64,000 nucleotides of DNA from Yuukianura sp. NJ FZ-2021 (taxonomy: Eukaryota), in NCBI GenBank assembly GCA_046563655.1, contig CM102286.1:7006001-7070000 (forward strand). Direction: 5' to 3'. Of this stretch, positions 27,005-40,700 are shown piece by piece. Both the position numbers and the translations under genes were made by a program. The notes below the pieces were generated by a model, which saw only the letters and a program-made list of their open reading frames with translations, searched no databases and was not told the origin of the DNA. How positions within the stretch are numbered: the first letter of the stretch is position 1; each line of letters opens with the position of its first letter.

Positions 27005-29693
27005 CTAGAAAGAGCACGGGAAGAAAAAAGTATAATTGGATTCGTTGAACTTTTTAGCATGGACAGCGCACAGTGAGTCTGTCAACTTTTCACGCAAAAC
27101 AAAGCCTTTTTTCTAAGAATTTATTTTTTCCTTAGAGAAAAGAGTGAATAAGAATCAAGTTTGAGGAGGTCAAAAGTTGATGGTTTCCTTTTAAAAAGCT
27201 TCGTGAAGGAAAAGTAAAGAATGGCAGGGTTGCTTGGCAGGCTGGAAATTAAAGGTGATGGATCATTAAACTATGCTCTCAGGTCTACTACATTTTCTAG
27301 TCACTAAAGAATTTTTTTTTTTCAAAATTGTTTAAAAATGTGTCAAAACTGACGCTGCTGTAGGAAGTTTGTGACTCATGCCTGAAAACCTTTTATTAGC
27401 CAAATATCTTCTGCCAGAAGACTCAAATCAGGGAGACAATATGTTACTTTCCCCAACCCATAAATTTCCAATAGAATTCTTGGAAGCGGACGCTAGATAT
27501 TAGAGGATAGGAGGCAATTATACCAGAACTTATTGCCAACTGTGGTCACTTCCACGGGAGGGTGTCCTTAGTGTCCGGACCCTCAAAAAGTACCAGGGAA
27601 TGACAAAGTGGTCTCCGATCCAACGGAATTTAAAAAGTACTTCACCAGGGATACTGCTGCGAGCCACTGCTATTAATTTCAAATTCCAAATAAGGGACCG
27701 CCACTGCCATTAGATTAGAAGGCTACCCGGGCATTTTACCACAATTTAATTTTTCTTTTAGGACACAGAGAGGGAGAGACGTGTTGACATCCCCTCCTCT
27801 GTTCACTTGAAATATACAACACGTAATTGGCCATATTATACTGCCGCTACATGCAACGAACTAAGGAAGGGCCGGTTTCAAAAAAAAGCGGGAAGAGAAA
27901 GTGGACGGGCAGCGTCTAAATACCCGAACACGCTATTCAATAAGTATTTTTCCTCCGAAACTTCCAAAAACCTTTTCTAACTTTGTGGAATTGCTGTGCT
28001 TCGGATAATGGATTAATTTTTGATTAAGGAATTGAGTTGGGTGGACGTTGAATTCGGTTCTGGAGGAAAGTCATGCCTGTCAAGCTTTGACCACTGACCA
28101 GACCGAAGTTCTTGCCAAGTCAAGATTCACGACCTGCATATTGCATGCGTCGTCCGGGAATCGGAAATGTCGCTTTACTTTGGGAATAAAGCAACTATTT
28201 CCACCTCCTCCATAGAAACAACACATGAATTGCAGAAAGAATGAGAAAAGGAAATACTCCCACTAGTCGCTGATTTAGATTCAAGATTATGAACACATTT
28301 AAAACACGGACAAACACAGTCTAGAGAATGAAAATAAAGTTCAAAAGCGTCTTAGGAGGCCAAGGAAAGGCAAGCATAACGTCTACTAAAATTAATCTTT
28401 CAAATCGTGTCATTTATCAGAACATAAAGTCACAAATTTTAAAGCAAAACGACCACTAGGAGCCTAGATTCAATTCTTAAGACCTTGCAGCCTAGCACGA
28501 CCCCACAATTAACTTGTTTACTTCTCTCGTAGATTTAGGCTTCAAAAACAATTAATTTCCTATCACTAACAAATCTATGCTTAATAATTGACGAAAAGAA
28601 ATCATTAAAGTTGCCAAGTTTAGGCATCAGTATAGTCCTCTTTGCAAAGATGCAGAATCAGTCCCTGGCTTATTCATTTTCGTTTTGCAAACTCACGACA
28701 CACCAATTTTAGCAGCAATGACCAAATAACAAGAGGAAATCTGATGCAGGCGGCTTCTGCAATCCTGTCTCTTACTGTCTTCAATCAAGCGTCTAATTTC
28801 AATGGGGAATGTACTTTACAGAACGTGTATTCAGAAATAATTTGACTGTATATGTGTCAATGGTAGTCTGTAACATAATGTAAAATTGTACAAGTAACGC
28901 GTTATACATGCAGCTACTTTTGTATTATTCAGTTATGAGGACCAGGTGAATTGCTCAAAAAGTCGAACAAGACGGATGGCGTCTCTGCCCCTTCTTCAAA
29001 TTGTCAACCGCTCTCCAGTGTCCTTTTTGTTAGCCTAACCTAACCTATTCCGAATGTTAACCTAACCGGAGTTTCAATAACGGAACTAAACCCGAGGTCA
29101 GTCTCTCAAGGGCCCCTTTTCAAGTCCTCTTTTGTCGAACCACTTGGAAATATTTCCAACAGTCATTCGTCTTAACAACTCCAGGCCCCAAGGGGCTGGC
29201 CCTAAATGTCCTTGTCAAATACATTTTGACCTTCTTTTATGATCTCGAATTTCGCATTTCTCAGAAAATTTGTGTATCGCACGAATACCTTAACCAAGCT
29301 TATTGTTTTGTCTAACAATATGAAAAAAACCCTTCCCAAAAATAATACGGAAATGCTTAACCTGAAAATGTACGGGTCAGCATCCTGGCGTCGACGAAAC
29401 TCGTGTTAACTTCCCGGAAAGGAAAAAAAGCTTTGTAAATTTGTACAAGTTTTATCTACCTGTCCGACGAATCCCTGAGATGCAAAAATCCCCGGGAGAC
29501 ATTTCCTATTGTTTTCAATATTTGGCTCTGTCGAGGAGATTAAAATCTTAAACAACGCCAACGCAAAGCGTCCATTGACATTTTAAAAAATGCCGCCACA
29601 TGAATTTTTTTAATGAAAGAATCTGCCCATGACAATTCTAAAAAAAGGATAGAAAAAAGTAGGTAACTGGGGAAACAAAAAACTTTCACTCAC

Positions 29694-30209
29694 CCGTCAG
29701 TCCAAATCTGACTAAAGGAGTTGCAGCAGACGTCATTGTCTTGAGGGTGATTAATCGTTGTACGACGACGAAATGACTTGTTCTCACCAGTTGATTCTTC
29801 CTGGTTTCAATCCAAAATGTTCCAAGGTGTCCAAAAGTATTTCAAGGGGATTAAGAACAAGTATCAGAAGCTACTATTGTCATATTGTTCTTTTATTAAC
29901 AAACTATTTATTGGTGTGATGTCCTTGGAGTAATTGGTACAAAGATTGTTACAGTTTTTGTGTAATTGTTAACAACGAAGGGCAGTGGTCCAATTTGTTA
30001 TGCTTATCCTCCAACACTATGCTTCTTCCCTTAAGGCTTCAAAAAAAGTTGATGCGTCCAACACACTTCACAGTTAATTACTATGTTTAGGCGTCACACT
30101 CTTAGAATTTTGACTTTGTGTTGTGGGGAATTGGAAATGCTGGAGTCGTGTTAGGAAATATTTTGGTTGATTTTGAACAGTGTCTATTGAATCAGAAACC
30201 ACAACGACT
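29694..30209 (-). other. Candidate first exon P1 of a large - strand gene (Inr near 30209; ATG 29736; MTSAATPLVRFGLT, phase-1 donor)
   Basis: Inr-like TTAGTCGTT at ~30209; ATG in an acaATG context preceded by an in-frame stop; donor cgg|gtgagt at 29693. Confidence 0.4.
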
Positions 30210-33200
30210 AAGGTTTCTTGTTTGAAACGGTGTTTTTTTTCGGATGTGCTCAAATGTAGGTCTGTAAGATCAGCGTCTCAAGGAAATATAAAAATGGAAA
30301 CTATCTCACGTCGTCCATGAAGTGGGAGATTGTCACACGGCTCTCAAATCACGGGAATTGTCGTTGTGCGGTGGCAGAGAAAGTTCTTGGTCGCTTTTGA
30401 AGTTAGAAGGGGAACTTCGGTGGTGATGCGGAAGGAAAGGGGTACTTTGAATTCTGGATCCGAATCCGGGTATTACCTTTGACCGTTGGAATTCTGTGTC
30501 TCCCTTGGTGTAATAATTTTTATGAAGCGTTGGTTATGGTATGGGGGTACTTTTTCCTGTCTCGTAGGCCTACGAACTTAGGTTTTAGTGGCAGGAACTT
30601 TTGAAAATGGGAACGACAATATTCCACCTGGCTCAGACCAACTCTGAAGTTGAACTGCCTCGCGTATGCCCAACTTTCAGTTCTTTCCCTGTCAGGAGAG
30701 TCCGGGTTGTTTGAGTTTGGTTGCAGTAAGAGCAGGGAATGCCTTGTATGTACAGTCCCTATGGGGGGAAATCCTTAGCTTCCCCTAACCTAACTCTGGC
30801 TTGCCTACGAACGTCGTAAGATCTTGAAGCATTTGTTTGTGTTTTCCCTATGCTTCTACATACTGCATTTGCTTTGCTTCAGTCGTAAGTTGTAAGTTTG
30901 CCTCAAGAGCCACTGCGGCTGACATGCACGGCATCATCCCTACTCCTTTATTCCAATCCACGATTCTACTTCAATTCAATTCCAAAAGGCGATTCTAGTA
31001 TGCATGACTATGTAATACAATCCAAAATGCATTGGCGTATTCCAATTTGAATCAATTCAACTACGGATTCTCTATACTACCAACTTTACATTTACAATGC
31101 GACTCCTTGCGTTTGTAACAACGAGTGAAGCACAAAAAATTATTAAAGTTTAAATCCTGAGGGCTTTTAGGTTTTTGTATTGTCTTCCTTCACTCGAGGC
31201 AGAAGGAAAATCCTTTATACCAATAAGATCCAGCACATAACACATAAGCTACTTACGGATTTGAAGGTGGACTACTTTGTAATTGTTTGGTCATGAAGTG
31301 ACCAATGACCCCGTTGACTAAGCACAAGATAATTTTTAAATGAAAAACTACAAACAATGAGTAAGAACTAAAAGAATTTTTTTTAAGTTGTGAGCAAGAA
31401 TTTGAACATGATTGTTTTGGAACATGACGAGAGAAGACGTTCCATTTAATTTTGTTGTTTTGAAACTGACGCATGATGGACATTTCTTTACAACATTTTT
31501 TGTGATTAAGTTAGAAACTGGAAAGCCTCCACTGTGTGTCCATGCGTTTCCAGCATTTTGCTTGATCTTAGTCCTGTTGACATACAAAGACAAAGGAACT
31601 GTGGAATGAAATCTTGCTGCGTTGCAGGGATTTAATCTTCTTCTTTGATCGTATTTTATTTGTTTCTCCCTCCTTTCCCTCGTTGCGTCTCTGTTCTGTT
31701 GACATTTTCACCAACTACGCACTGACTAAGGGAAGTATGCGTTAGATTCCTATGGACAAACAGTGCGAAAGAAGCCGTTTGCATGCATTTCCAGACCACT
31801 TCCTTTCGCCTTCATTGCTTTCTCCTCCTGCTCTGAGGTTTACGTTAGTTTAGAAGGGAATAAACCAAGGAAATCGACTTTCTACACAGAGGAAACCTGT
31901 GCGGAAAAACAAGGGAACTGTGTATACATTATTTCCTCACTATAATATAGTACCATTTCTTCCAATACACAAACTGCCACCAACAGGGTTTCCATAATTC
32001 CACAGCATTAGAGACACTTCCGGAGCACTTTGGCCAATTGAGACCTCGCGCGTCCACAATCCAAAGCGCCATTGGACCTCAATTTGAGTAATACGCACAA
32101 TTTTCACCATTCCACTTTTTTTGTGTCCTAGTTTTAGCATTCACTTCCATTTGAGGTAATTTGTCAACTTTTCCTGGCATATTAAGTGTATCTCAGTGAC
32201 AGGTCATTTCAATGTTTCATGTGCAAACTAATATTTCACAATATAGGTCATTTCTTTTTCTCCATTTCTAAAAATTTCTGTTTTTTTTTCCCTAAAATAA
32301 TAAAGTTTCGGTTTTTATTTTTATTGAAACCCACTTTTCAAGAAGTTGCTCAAATCCAAATAAAATTTCCTATTTTTTCTGCTCGATTAAACTACTTTCG
32401 AAATCAATTTATGAAAAGCATTTTCTCTCCTAGGCTGTCATGTTTTCACTTTTGGCTAGAAAATGGAATTGGTAGGAAATGATGTTCTGTTTGACCTATT
32501 TCGTGTCTCTTAAGGCGATTACCTGTTCGAAAGGGCTCTATTTGGTCTAATACCAAAAGTGGAAGGGAACATAGGTTGCATGTTGACACTGTTCCATGCT
32601 CCATGTTCCAAGGAATTAAATCTTATGGATTTATCCGAAAACATTAGAAATGAGGGCCCTTAGATAGAAAAGTACATTGAATTCATTACTAAATAAAACC
32701 TATTTTTGTTTTTCCTTAGAAACACGGCAAAAACACAAACCTAAGTTGCACAGGTGAGTGAACGGACAAGTAGATATAGCTGTACACTATTTTTTTTTTG
32801 AATTGGGACTTCCATTTGTTAGGGTACTTTTCAAGAGCTCTAATTTCATGTACAAGGTCCATCTAGTAGAACCCTGCGCCGTGTTTTCTTCAAGTACTCG
32901 CTGGTTTATACTTATCGTCAATTACACAATTTCAACCTAGCCGTCCATTCCAATTCTAACGCTCCCTACTTCAACCTATGGTACTAATGACTTCAATTGC
33001 GTGTTTGGGCTTAAATTTATCCAGAACTGGATCCAGCCCACTATTTATTATGGCTTTGTCTGTTTGTCTCTCAAGACTTCTTACAACGAACCTCTTAGTT
33101 CATATAAGGAACCCTTCAAAAAACAACTTTTAGTTGCCTTTTCTAAAATTGATTGCTGGGAGTTGGATTTTATAGCTTGAAGTACCTGGTCATTTGGCCC

Positions 33201-36200
33201 AGTTATGTGTTCCAAAGGGACCCTTACGGTTTTAATAAGTGCTTTTGTCGTTGTGGTCATACGTTTTGCCAGTGTCAATTAGAAAGTGCTAAAATCCTAA
33301 AGCCTTTGAGTTTAACTTTTGGTTTTGAGTGTGAAAAGGTCGTAACCACATGGAGACAAAATGCCCAGATTTTCTTTTGTTCTTGACCCAGCATGACACC
33401 AAGTACCCTCCTCTAGCAGGCCTTACAGGGATTTTTTGAAAAAAAAAAAAAATAAAAAATAAAAATGTGGGTTGAAAGAACTTTCTGTTTCGTGGAACGG
33501 GTGGGCGGGAGAGGCAGAAGCGAAAGCCGTGTCAGAAGAAATGCTCATGTTACACTTATAACTTACACTTCATCTTGACTTAACTTTTAAAGCTCTGCAC
33601 CCTTGGTGTCATTTTCTGCTGTAAATCTTAATTTTAGAGATTAAGTTCAAGGGAAAGGTCAATTTTTAACTACTTTGGATTTTGGCAACATCCAGCACCT
33701 ACAGTTTTTAGTACATTTCATGGAAATTGTTATTAACTTTCGCATGCAATCTTTAAGAAATATTAAAATCTTTAACAGGAGCTACTTTTTTTTTCCTTTT
33801 CGCGGTAGCACAAAAAAGTTTGAAAATAAATTTCTCAAAAATGTCTGCGGTTGCGGCATTAAAAAGCCACTAGAATTACAGCACGAAATTGAAAGCAAAG
33901 CGAAGAGCTTTGGACATGGTGTTTCTTTTGCAAAGCCTAAAACTTAAGTTCCCAAAGAAAAGTTTCCATTCTTTGCGTCTCCTCCCGCATTTTCTTTGAA
34001 AATGAAGATGTAATCTTGTGTAATTCAATTTGGCAAATGAAGTACGCTCATTGCAGAATCTTAAGGAACTATGTACTATGTACTTTATACTAAAGTCTCC
34101 GGAAGTTTGCGAAACAGAACATAGTAGTTTCCTCATATACGACATGCACTTTATACAATCCCCGCGTAATTGCTGTCCCTCGAAACGCCCGAATTGTCAT
34201 TACCATTTTTTCTATAACCCTAATTTTGTTCAAAGTTAACTTAAATTTCAGACTTCTTTATAGTGGCACTTCTGGAAACCGGGAGAGCAACGGCATAAAA
34301 ACTTTTTTAGTCTCTTTAGAATGCGAACAGTGCGGGCAAAAAGGCTTTTAAAAATGACCAAGTTTTATAACTCGGTTAGCACAAATTTCCGAGGTTGTTA
34401 ACGAGATAAAAATGTAAAAAGAGAAAGTTACACCCACCACCATCCGTGGTTGGAAAGTTTTAATTTTACACCCGAAGGAGACAGCAGACGGAATAAATGG
34501 TTTGTGTTGTATTTTAGCACGAGATTGCATGTCATCCAAACGGCTTCTTCTGATTCTCTGGGTGGGGTCTCTTTTAGTTGTCTCGTGCGTTTTTCATTTT
34601 CAGTCTTCCGTAGACTACCCGGGAGAGGAGTTGCCTGTTCCAGGATAAGCGTTTTTGGATGATGATTGTTGAGGGGATTTATTATTGATGGTGAGAGAGT
34701 AGTCAGGGAATCTGCGGGGATTCAGGTGTTTGGTAGCATAAAATACACATTCACCTGCTTTTTACACACATACATGTACATGTAGTACACACATAGCCTA
34801 ACCTAACAATCGAAAACGCACCTACGAGGGAGTAACTAAACGCAACGGGGGACGTATGAAACCATCAAGGGATCCGGACGTTTGAGGTCACTCTCAGGTC
34901 AGATAACGTCCGTCCGAACAGAATATGATAAATGATGTTGTTAGTTGTCCAACACTTCCCAACAGTCAAAATTTAATTAATAATTTTGAATCTTGTTCAA
35001 TAATAGCTATATAATAACAAATTAATAACATGAAACAAAAAATATTGGAATCTTGCAACTATCGATTTTTACAAATATTGAAAAAAAATTAGTGGCATAA
35101 CATGTGAGCTAATATTTGTTAATAACATGTAATTTTGGTACAAATTTTGTAACTTATTTAAATAATTTTGATAGAAATGTTATGTACAAAATGCGGAATT
35201 TTTTAACAAATAGTTACAAATTACGGTAAAAATTTACAAAATACAAGTTGATTTTATGTTTACGAGTTGAAGGTACTGCTAATAAGTATTATAATTAGTA
35301 CCTATGCGTAGGAATTACATGTAACCTTTCGTGTTTTAAAACTTCAAAACAAAGTTCAAAATTTCAAATTTGGAAATGAAGTGCATGTTAGTTGGCGCGT
35401 ATTTTTTCAGCATACTTCAGCTTATATAAGCCTTTTGAAACTTGTTAGGAATTGTGAAAATGATTGTCCTTAATAACAAAGCATTAGCTTAACAGGGAAC
35501 TTGAGATTGGAAAAGTGGCTTTAATCACAAAATTATGTGCTCTTAATTTCAAAGGAATTCTGCTGTGACTGTGTTCTCTTTTCGCTTGTAATCCAAAGTA
35601 TTTGCCCAATTTTCATTTCATTAACAACGCATTCATGCGGTCCTCACTTCGCATGACACGAATCCCTTCAAACTAAGTTCGAATCCAAAATTTTACACGC
35701 GGTAAACAACCTCAAGGCTTCGCAAAAGTAAGGATTTTGCTAAATTGTGGCCATGCGGAGTCCGAATTAATGTTTGTAACGGTATTGCGAGTTAAGATTA
35801 GACCACTTTTCCATAAATTTGGAACCCAGAAGCTAATTCTCGGTCTGTGAAAACAGTTCGTTTTTATAATTATCACATCGTCGTGAAATCAAAAAACAGT
35901 TATACTCTGTTCTGTCAACAGAGTTGGTCATTTTCAAAGTCGAGATTAAACAGAACATGCAATTTCAGCTCACCAGAACTATGCCTATACGACAAGAGCT
36001 AAAGTTGGTCGCTGGGAATACTAATTTTACACTTAAACATTACACAATAGAGTTTTCATAAGAATTGATTTATGCTTGGAGGTGATGTAAACTTCATTTC
36101 CAATAAATCATGTTAGAACTTTTGAATTTTCCCTGTCTAGTCGTAATTGAGTCCCCATTGTTCCCCTTGGGGAGGTGTACTTTTGAAGTGATTGGATTCC

Positions 36201-37614
36201 TTTGTTGTTTCCAAAAATGAATGAGAAACCTAAGTTGACTTTTGTTTCTTCCAGAAACATGGCCTAACCTTGACGAATTAATTCTCCACGCAAGTATTTT
36301 TTGGTTTGACACCAAGTGTCACTTCTCAGCCAGACTGACTTTTGAGCACGGTCAAGCCCACCAGACACTGGAAACGACACTTTCTAGTATCCTGGAAGGC
36401 GTCGGAGTCACTTTGGATTTTGTTGTCAAGGAAATAATAATAATTTATGAATTTTACGGATTAGAAGGAGAGAGGGAGACCTTTTTTAGACTTGGGCTGA
36501 GGAAATTAAATTCCAAAAATGGGTCTCCCCCGGGTGAGTTTCGGTGACCTGTCATGGTTTGACACTCATGCCAACGTCAACGTCTCGGCGGAGAACTGTC
36601 ACCCACTCGAAAAAAGGAGTTTTTAGTGGAAAGCTGGAAGTGTTTGATGTCAAAAGCCCAACTGGTTCGTGTGGTGGCATCCAAGCGGTTAATCTTCAAA
36701 CTTCGACGACTTTTTCCGTGAAACCGGATTCGGTTTCTCAGAAATTTTGAGTGGAACAAAAACTAAACCAAAAGTGTCGGGGTCACAACTTAAAATTTCG
36801 AAATTAGTTTAGCATGTACGCAGCTGGAGTACAAATACAAGTGTTTGAAGTAATGTTAACAGCACTTGAACTATTAAATTCATAAGTGTATAATTTTAAA
36901 CATTGTAGTTGAAGTATTTACAAAATATTTGTTTCACTTGAACCAAATCCAGAGGAATTTAGTTTTTTGTTAATCGTTTCTTGTTCATCAAAACGTTTAA
37001 GTTCCAAAATTTCTAATAACAATCATTCTGACTGCTATAATTTTGGAATTTCATTTTGAAATTGGACCAGGTTATAAAAAAAACTGAAGTGAAAGTACAA
37101 TTAGGTCGTCGTCAGGTAAAGATGGAAAATGGTGAAGAAGATGAGAATCAACAAGTGGACCTACAGTATACTTTCATCTTCGACTTCGGAGAGTAGCCAT
37201 AAGGCCTTGCCTCACCTGCCTGGCGCCTGTTGATTTTCAAGGAGGCAATCTTGAATCTGTCTTAAAAAAACTAAAACGCAGGAGCATCCTTACTATGTAT
37301 CTCTTGTTAAACCTGATTGTTGCGTCGGGACGCTACGAAGATTCCGTTTTTTAGAACGTAGTAGCCAGCTGTCTCTCCATTGTTTGAAGAATATCTTGAA
37401 GCTTTCTTGACTCTCCAACTACAATTTTACCTTCCCAAGTCCCCCCTCACTTCGACTTTACAAAAAAGCATTGTTGGGCCAGAAGAGGTACTTCAACAAC
37501 CAATGGAAGGTCAGGGGAGATTTCCACACGTTCAAATCCAAATAGGAATAAGAACTTATCTGATCTCCGAGAGGAAATAAATAAGCACCTTCCTTATGAG
37601 AAACGTGGGAAATG

Positions 37615-37750
37615 ACAAGCAGAACTTCCTGCGAAGTCTGTTTTGTTTTAAACCGAATGTCAACCGAAGCTGAATTTTCGACAAAAGTCTCGGACGGGAA
37701 TGGACGAATGGACAGAAGACACGGAAGGACGAGGTGATGACTAGAATAAT
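37615..37750. mobile_element. Possible highly decayed HINE/Helentron-like relic
   Basis: Short hairpin cagaacttc-ctgc-gaagtctg (37620-37640) plus a degenerate GGAC/GGACA run (37692-37730), the same layout as the 50.6-51.2 kb element. No subTIR pair found. Confidence 0.2.
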
Positions 37751-40700
37751 TATTTGCCTTCGCTCTAATTTATCTGACCTAAGAGCTTGCTTTTGATAAG
37801 TTCCAAGACGCTTAGGAATTAATTTTTATGAAGATTGGATCTCCTTAACATGCAACTTAGCTCCAGTCTAACTTTTAAAAGCATAGCATGAAAAGCCGAC
37901 TTTAGAAAAAGTAGATTTGATGTGTGAAGGGATTCTGCCGAGGAAGAAGGTTTTACTTAATTCCTAAACTTGTTCATCCAGTTTCAAAAAATTCAGAGGA
38001 AGACTATAATCTCCTCCTCCGATTGTTAAATGAATCTTTTACATTTTAAAGACTTTGGTCGTACTTGGGCGAAAGACGTTTAGAACCGCTTTGTACGGAA
38101 CAATTTTATGATTGGCCTCAAATATTATGGCTGTAATTCCTTTCAATCCGAAGGAGAGACGGAGGCCACGCATTTTATTTTACAGGAAATAAAAATCCGA
38201 AAGAATTCTTCGTTTGGAAAGAAGTATAATTTCAGACTGGTTTGGCCAATACTTAATTCAACGGCTTCAAACTGTTGTCATATATAATTCAAAAGTTGCA
38301 AATTTTGTGGCTTCGAGGATTTGCAAAATGGTATGTATTTTCAGGAGTTCATTCATTCTTTTTTTCTTTTCGTTTTTGAACTGAAACTTTTGCTGAACCC
38401 GGAGAAAGTAAAAAAAAATAGTCAGCTGAATTAAAAACGAACGAGCAAATCGAAGAAACTTTTTTTCGGTTTTTGTATATTCTAGGTTTGTTTTGAAGGG
38501 AGACACGAGCTAAGATTTATCTTTTTGCAAAATAATGGAGGACGAGAGTTCTCCTGCGGCTGAAAAGGCTCTTCCGCAGCATTTGCTGGAACCCTGAAAA
38601 GCAAATGTCTGCACTCTGGGAAACTTCCGGACATTACAGTAGCCTCTCCATGACGAATCACCATTCTCCTGAAGGTTTAACAAAGGAAATGGTCCCCTTG
38701 ACTCAAAAGACTTTCAAGAGCCCTTAACTTTTCTCCAAGGTAATTGAAGTGACTTTGAGTCTCTATGTTATTCACAACGGAATTGAATCTGTCTATCGCC
38801 AGGCCCTTCTTCAAGAAGCCCTTCGCGTGTCTAGGCCACTGTGACCCCCAACAGGGTCCAGGGGGTCCCTGGGCCTTAACTTAAGGGCTCCAATGAATCA
38901 TGATACATTCAAAGTCCCTTCAATCTTCCTCAATTGACTTTGGATCGAATATCCCAAGGAGCGAAAATGGAAGTTGTATGAAATTGTGTGACAGGGGATC
39001 TGATTAGCGGGAGACACGACTCAATTCTCGGAGGAATAATGCATTGGATGGTTAATCTTTGGAAGGTAAGGTTCCTTTTCAGTCAGCTCCTGGTCATTTC
39101 CTCATAAGCTTTAGTTGTTAGTAAGGTAAGCGTCTACAGTAGTGGTGATCTCTGCCGGGAAAAGCGTCAGTCAATCTAATCATTTTCCGATAGGCTGATG
39201 GGATTTCCTTGTTAGCACATTCCCAAACAACAAAAGAAAACTGGTCCAGCAGCATCTTTTAAAGGTAATTAGAGTGAGAGAGTGGGCTTTTAAGCAGGAA
39301 CATCCGACACTTCGACAGAAGTCAAAATCTTGTCAACCTGCTCAAAAGTTTGACCTGCTGCGTCTAAAACAAATTCTTGGCTGAAGCTCACTCAACCTTG
39401 GAAAATTGACGTCTGTTAACCCTGAACTTGCCTTTGGTGAACTCAAAATGTAAACATGATTTTCCTGTCAAAAAAGACTAATTGTAAAATAACTAAAGCA
39501 AACAGACTAAAGCTTTCATCCGTTTCCTAAAGACGTAGTAATTCTTCACTTCCATATTTTTTAAAACTTTCATGTTAGTCGGAGATGTAATTATTTAGGC
39601 TTAGAATTTTGGAATATTTGGTAAGCTTAGGGGAAGATGAACTAAAGTCAACAATCAAAAACTCGTGCAAGTAGGGAGATTATGAGAACAGGGATTTGCA
39701 AGCGCCTTTTCTGAATAGCGTCGTTTTCTAAACAGAACATCAAAGAAGCACAAGCCCCTTCCCCTAGTGCACTTGTATGGATTGAAGGGATTTAATTGGA
39801 TTTGAATTCCGTAATATGAAAAGTGACTCATCGGAAGAGCTGCAATCTCCAAGATGTTATTTTTCTGTTCACGTCAATCACGTTTCAATCTCTCATGTTC
39901 CCGGTTAAGTTTGAATTTCCTCATTAGTCTCTTATGTACACATACAGTTCCAAAATCAAATAAATGATGGATCCTGTTTTTAGATCTCCCGCCACCTTCT
40001 TGCCACTGTCGGAAGATGGATGGATCTCCCTGGGATAATATCTTTGTTATTACAAAAGTCAAAATCCAGGACGCCGCCAACTATTTTTGAGCAACTTGGA
40101 AATCCAACCTCCTTCTGTTGGAGTTAGACTTAATCAGCGCCATGCACACTTATAAACTTTTTGAATTAATTCCTGAACTCAATCATGATATTCTGTTATT
40201 TCACATGTGCCACATAAGAACAGAGGTTACAGCGTTGGCAACAGCATTCGAAGGAAATCTGCCAAAATTAACTTTTTCTGATACTCAATTCAGTCAATGT
40301 TTCCGTCAGATTCAGTTTGCCTTTCTCCTGGAACTGAAACTTTTTCATTCCAGATGCGAGTGAGTGTGATGCGCTGGGAAAAGTAAAAGTAATACTCAGA
40401 AGTTGAATTTCAAAACTTTGAGTTTGAACTCTATCAAAAAGTCTCGTAGGATGCGGAGTTTCGTTTTCAAAAAAGTTTTGTGGATCTGTGAAATCAAAAT
40501 GGCGTCTTCCGTCTCAGGTGAATTATATATTGGCCCAACTTTTGGCAGAACTCAAACAAGTTTGTTTCTTTTAAAACTCATTTCCAATTCAGAGGAAATT
40601 AAAGTGATGCGTCACAGTCGACAGTTCTTGATGATAGGAATTGATCTCGAAGTGATTCAAAGTTACACAAAAGCTGCTCCTACATTTTCACAAAGTTTTG

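Noticed and set aside
32720..32753. + strand 34-nt segment with strong acceptor and donor
   Set aside because: No partner exons could be linked. It also shows that strong splice-site pairs occur on both strands, which tempers the - strand exon model.
23902..34807. Scattered (TAACC/TTAGG)2-3 motifs (~23902, 25327, 29034, 30786, 34798)
   Set aside because: Too short for interstitial telomere arrays. Only weakly consistent with an arthropod host.
37111..37124. gtcaggtaaagatg, identical to the 3' part of miR-8 as I recall it
   Set aside because: The seed is absent and I found no precursor hairpin, so it is a chance match.
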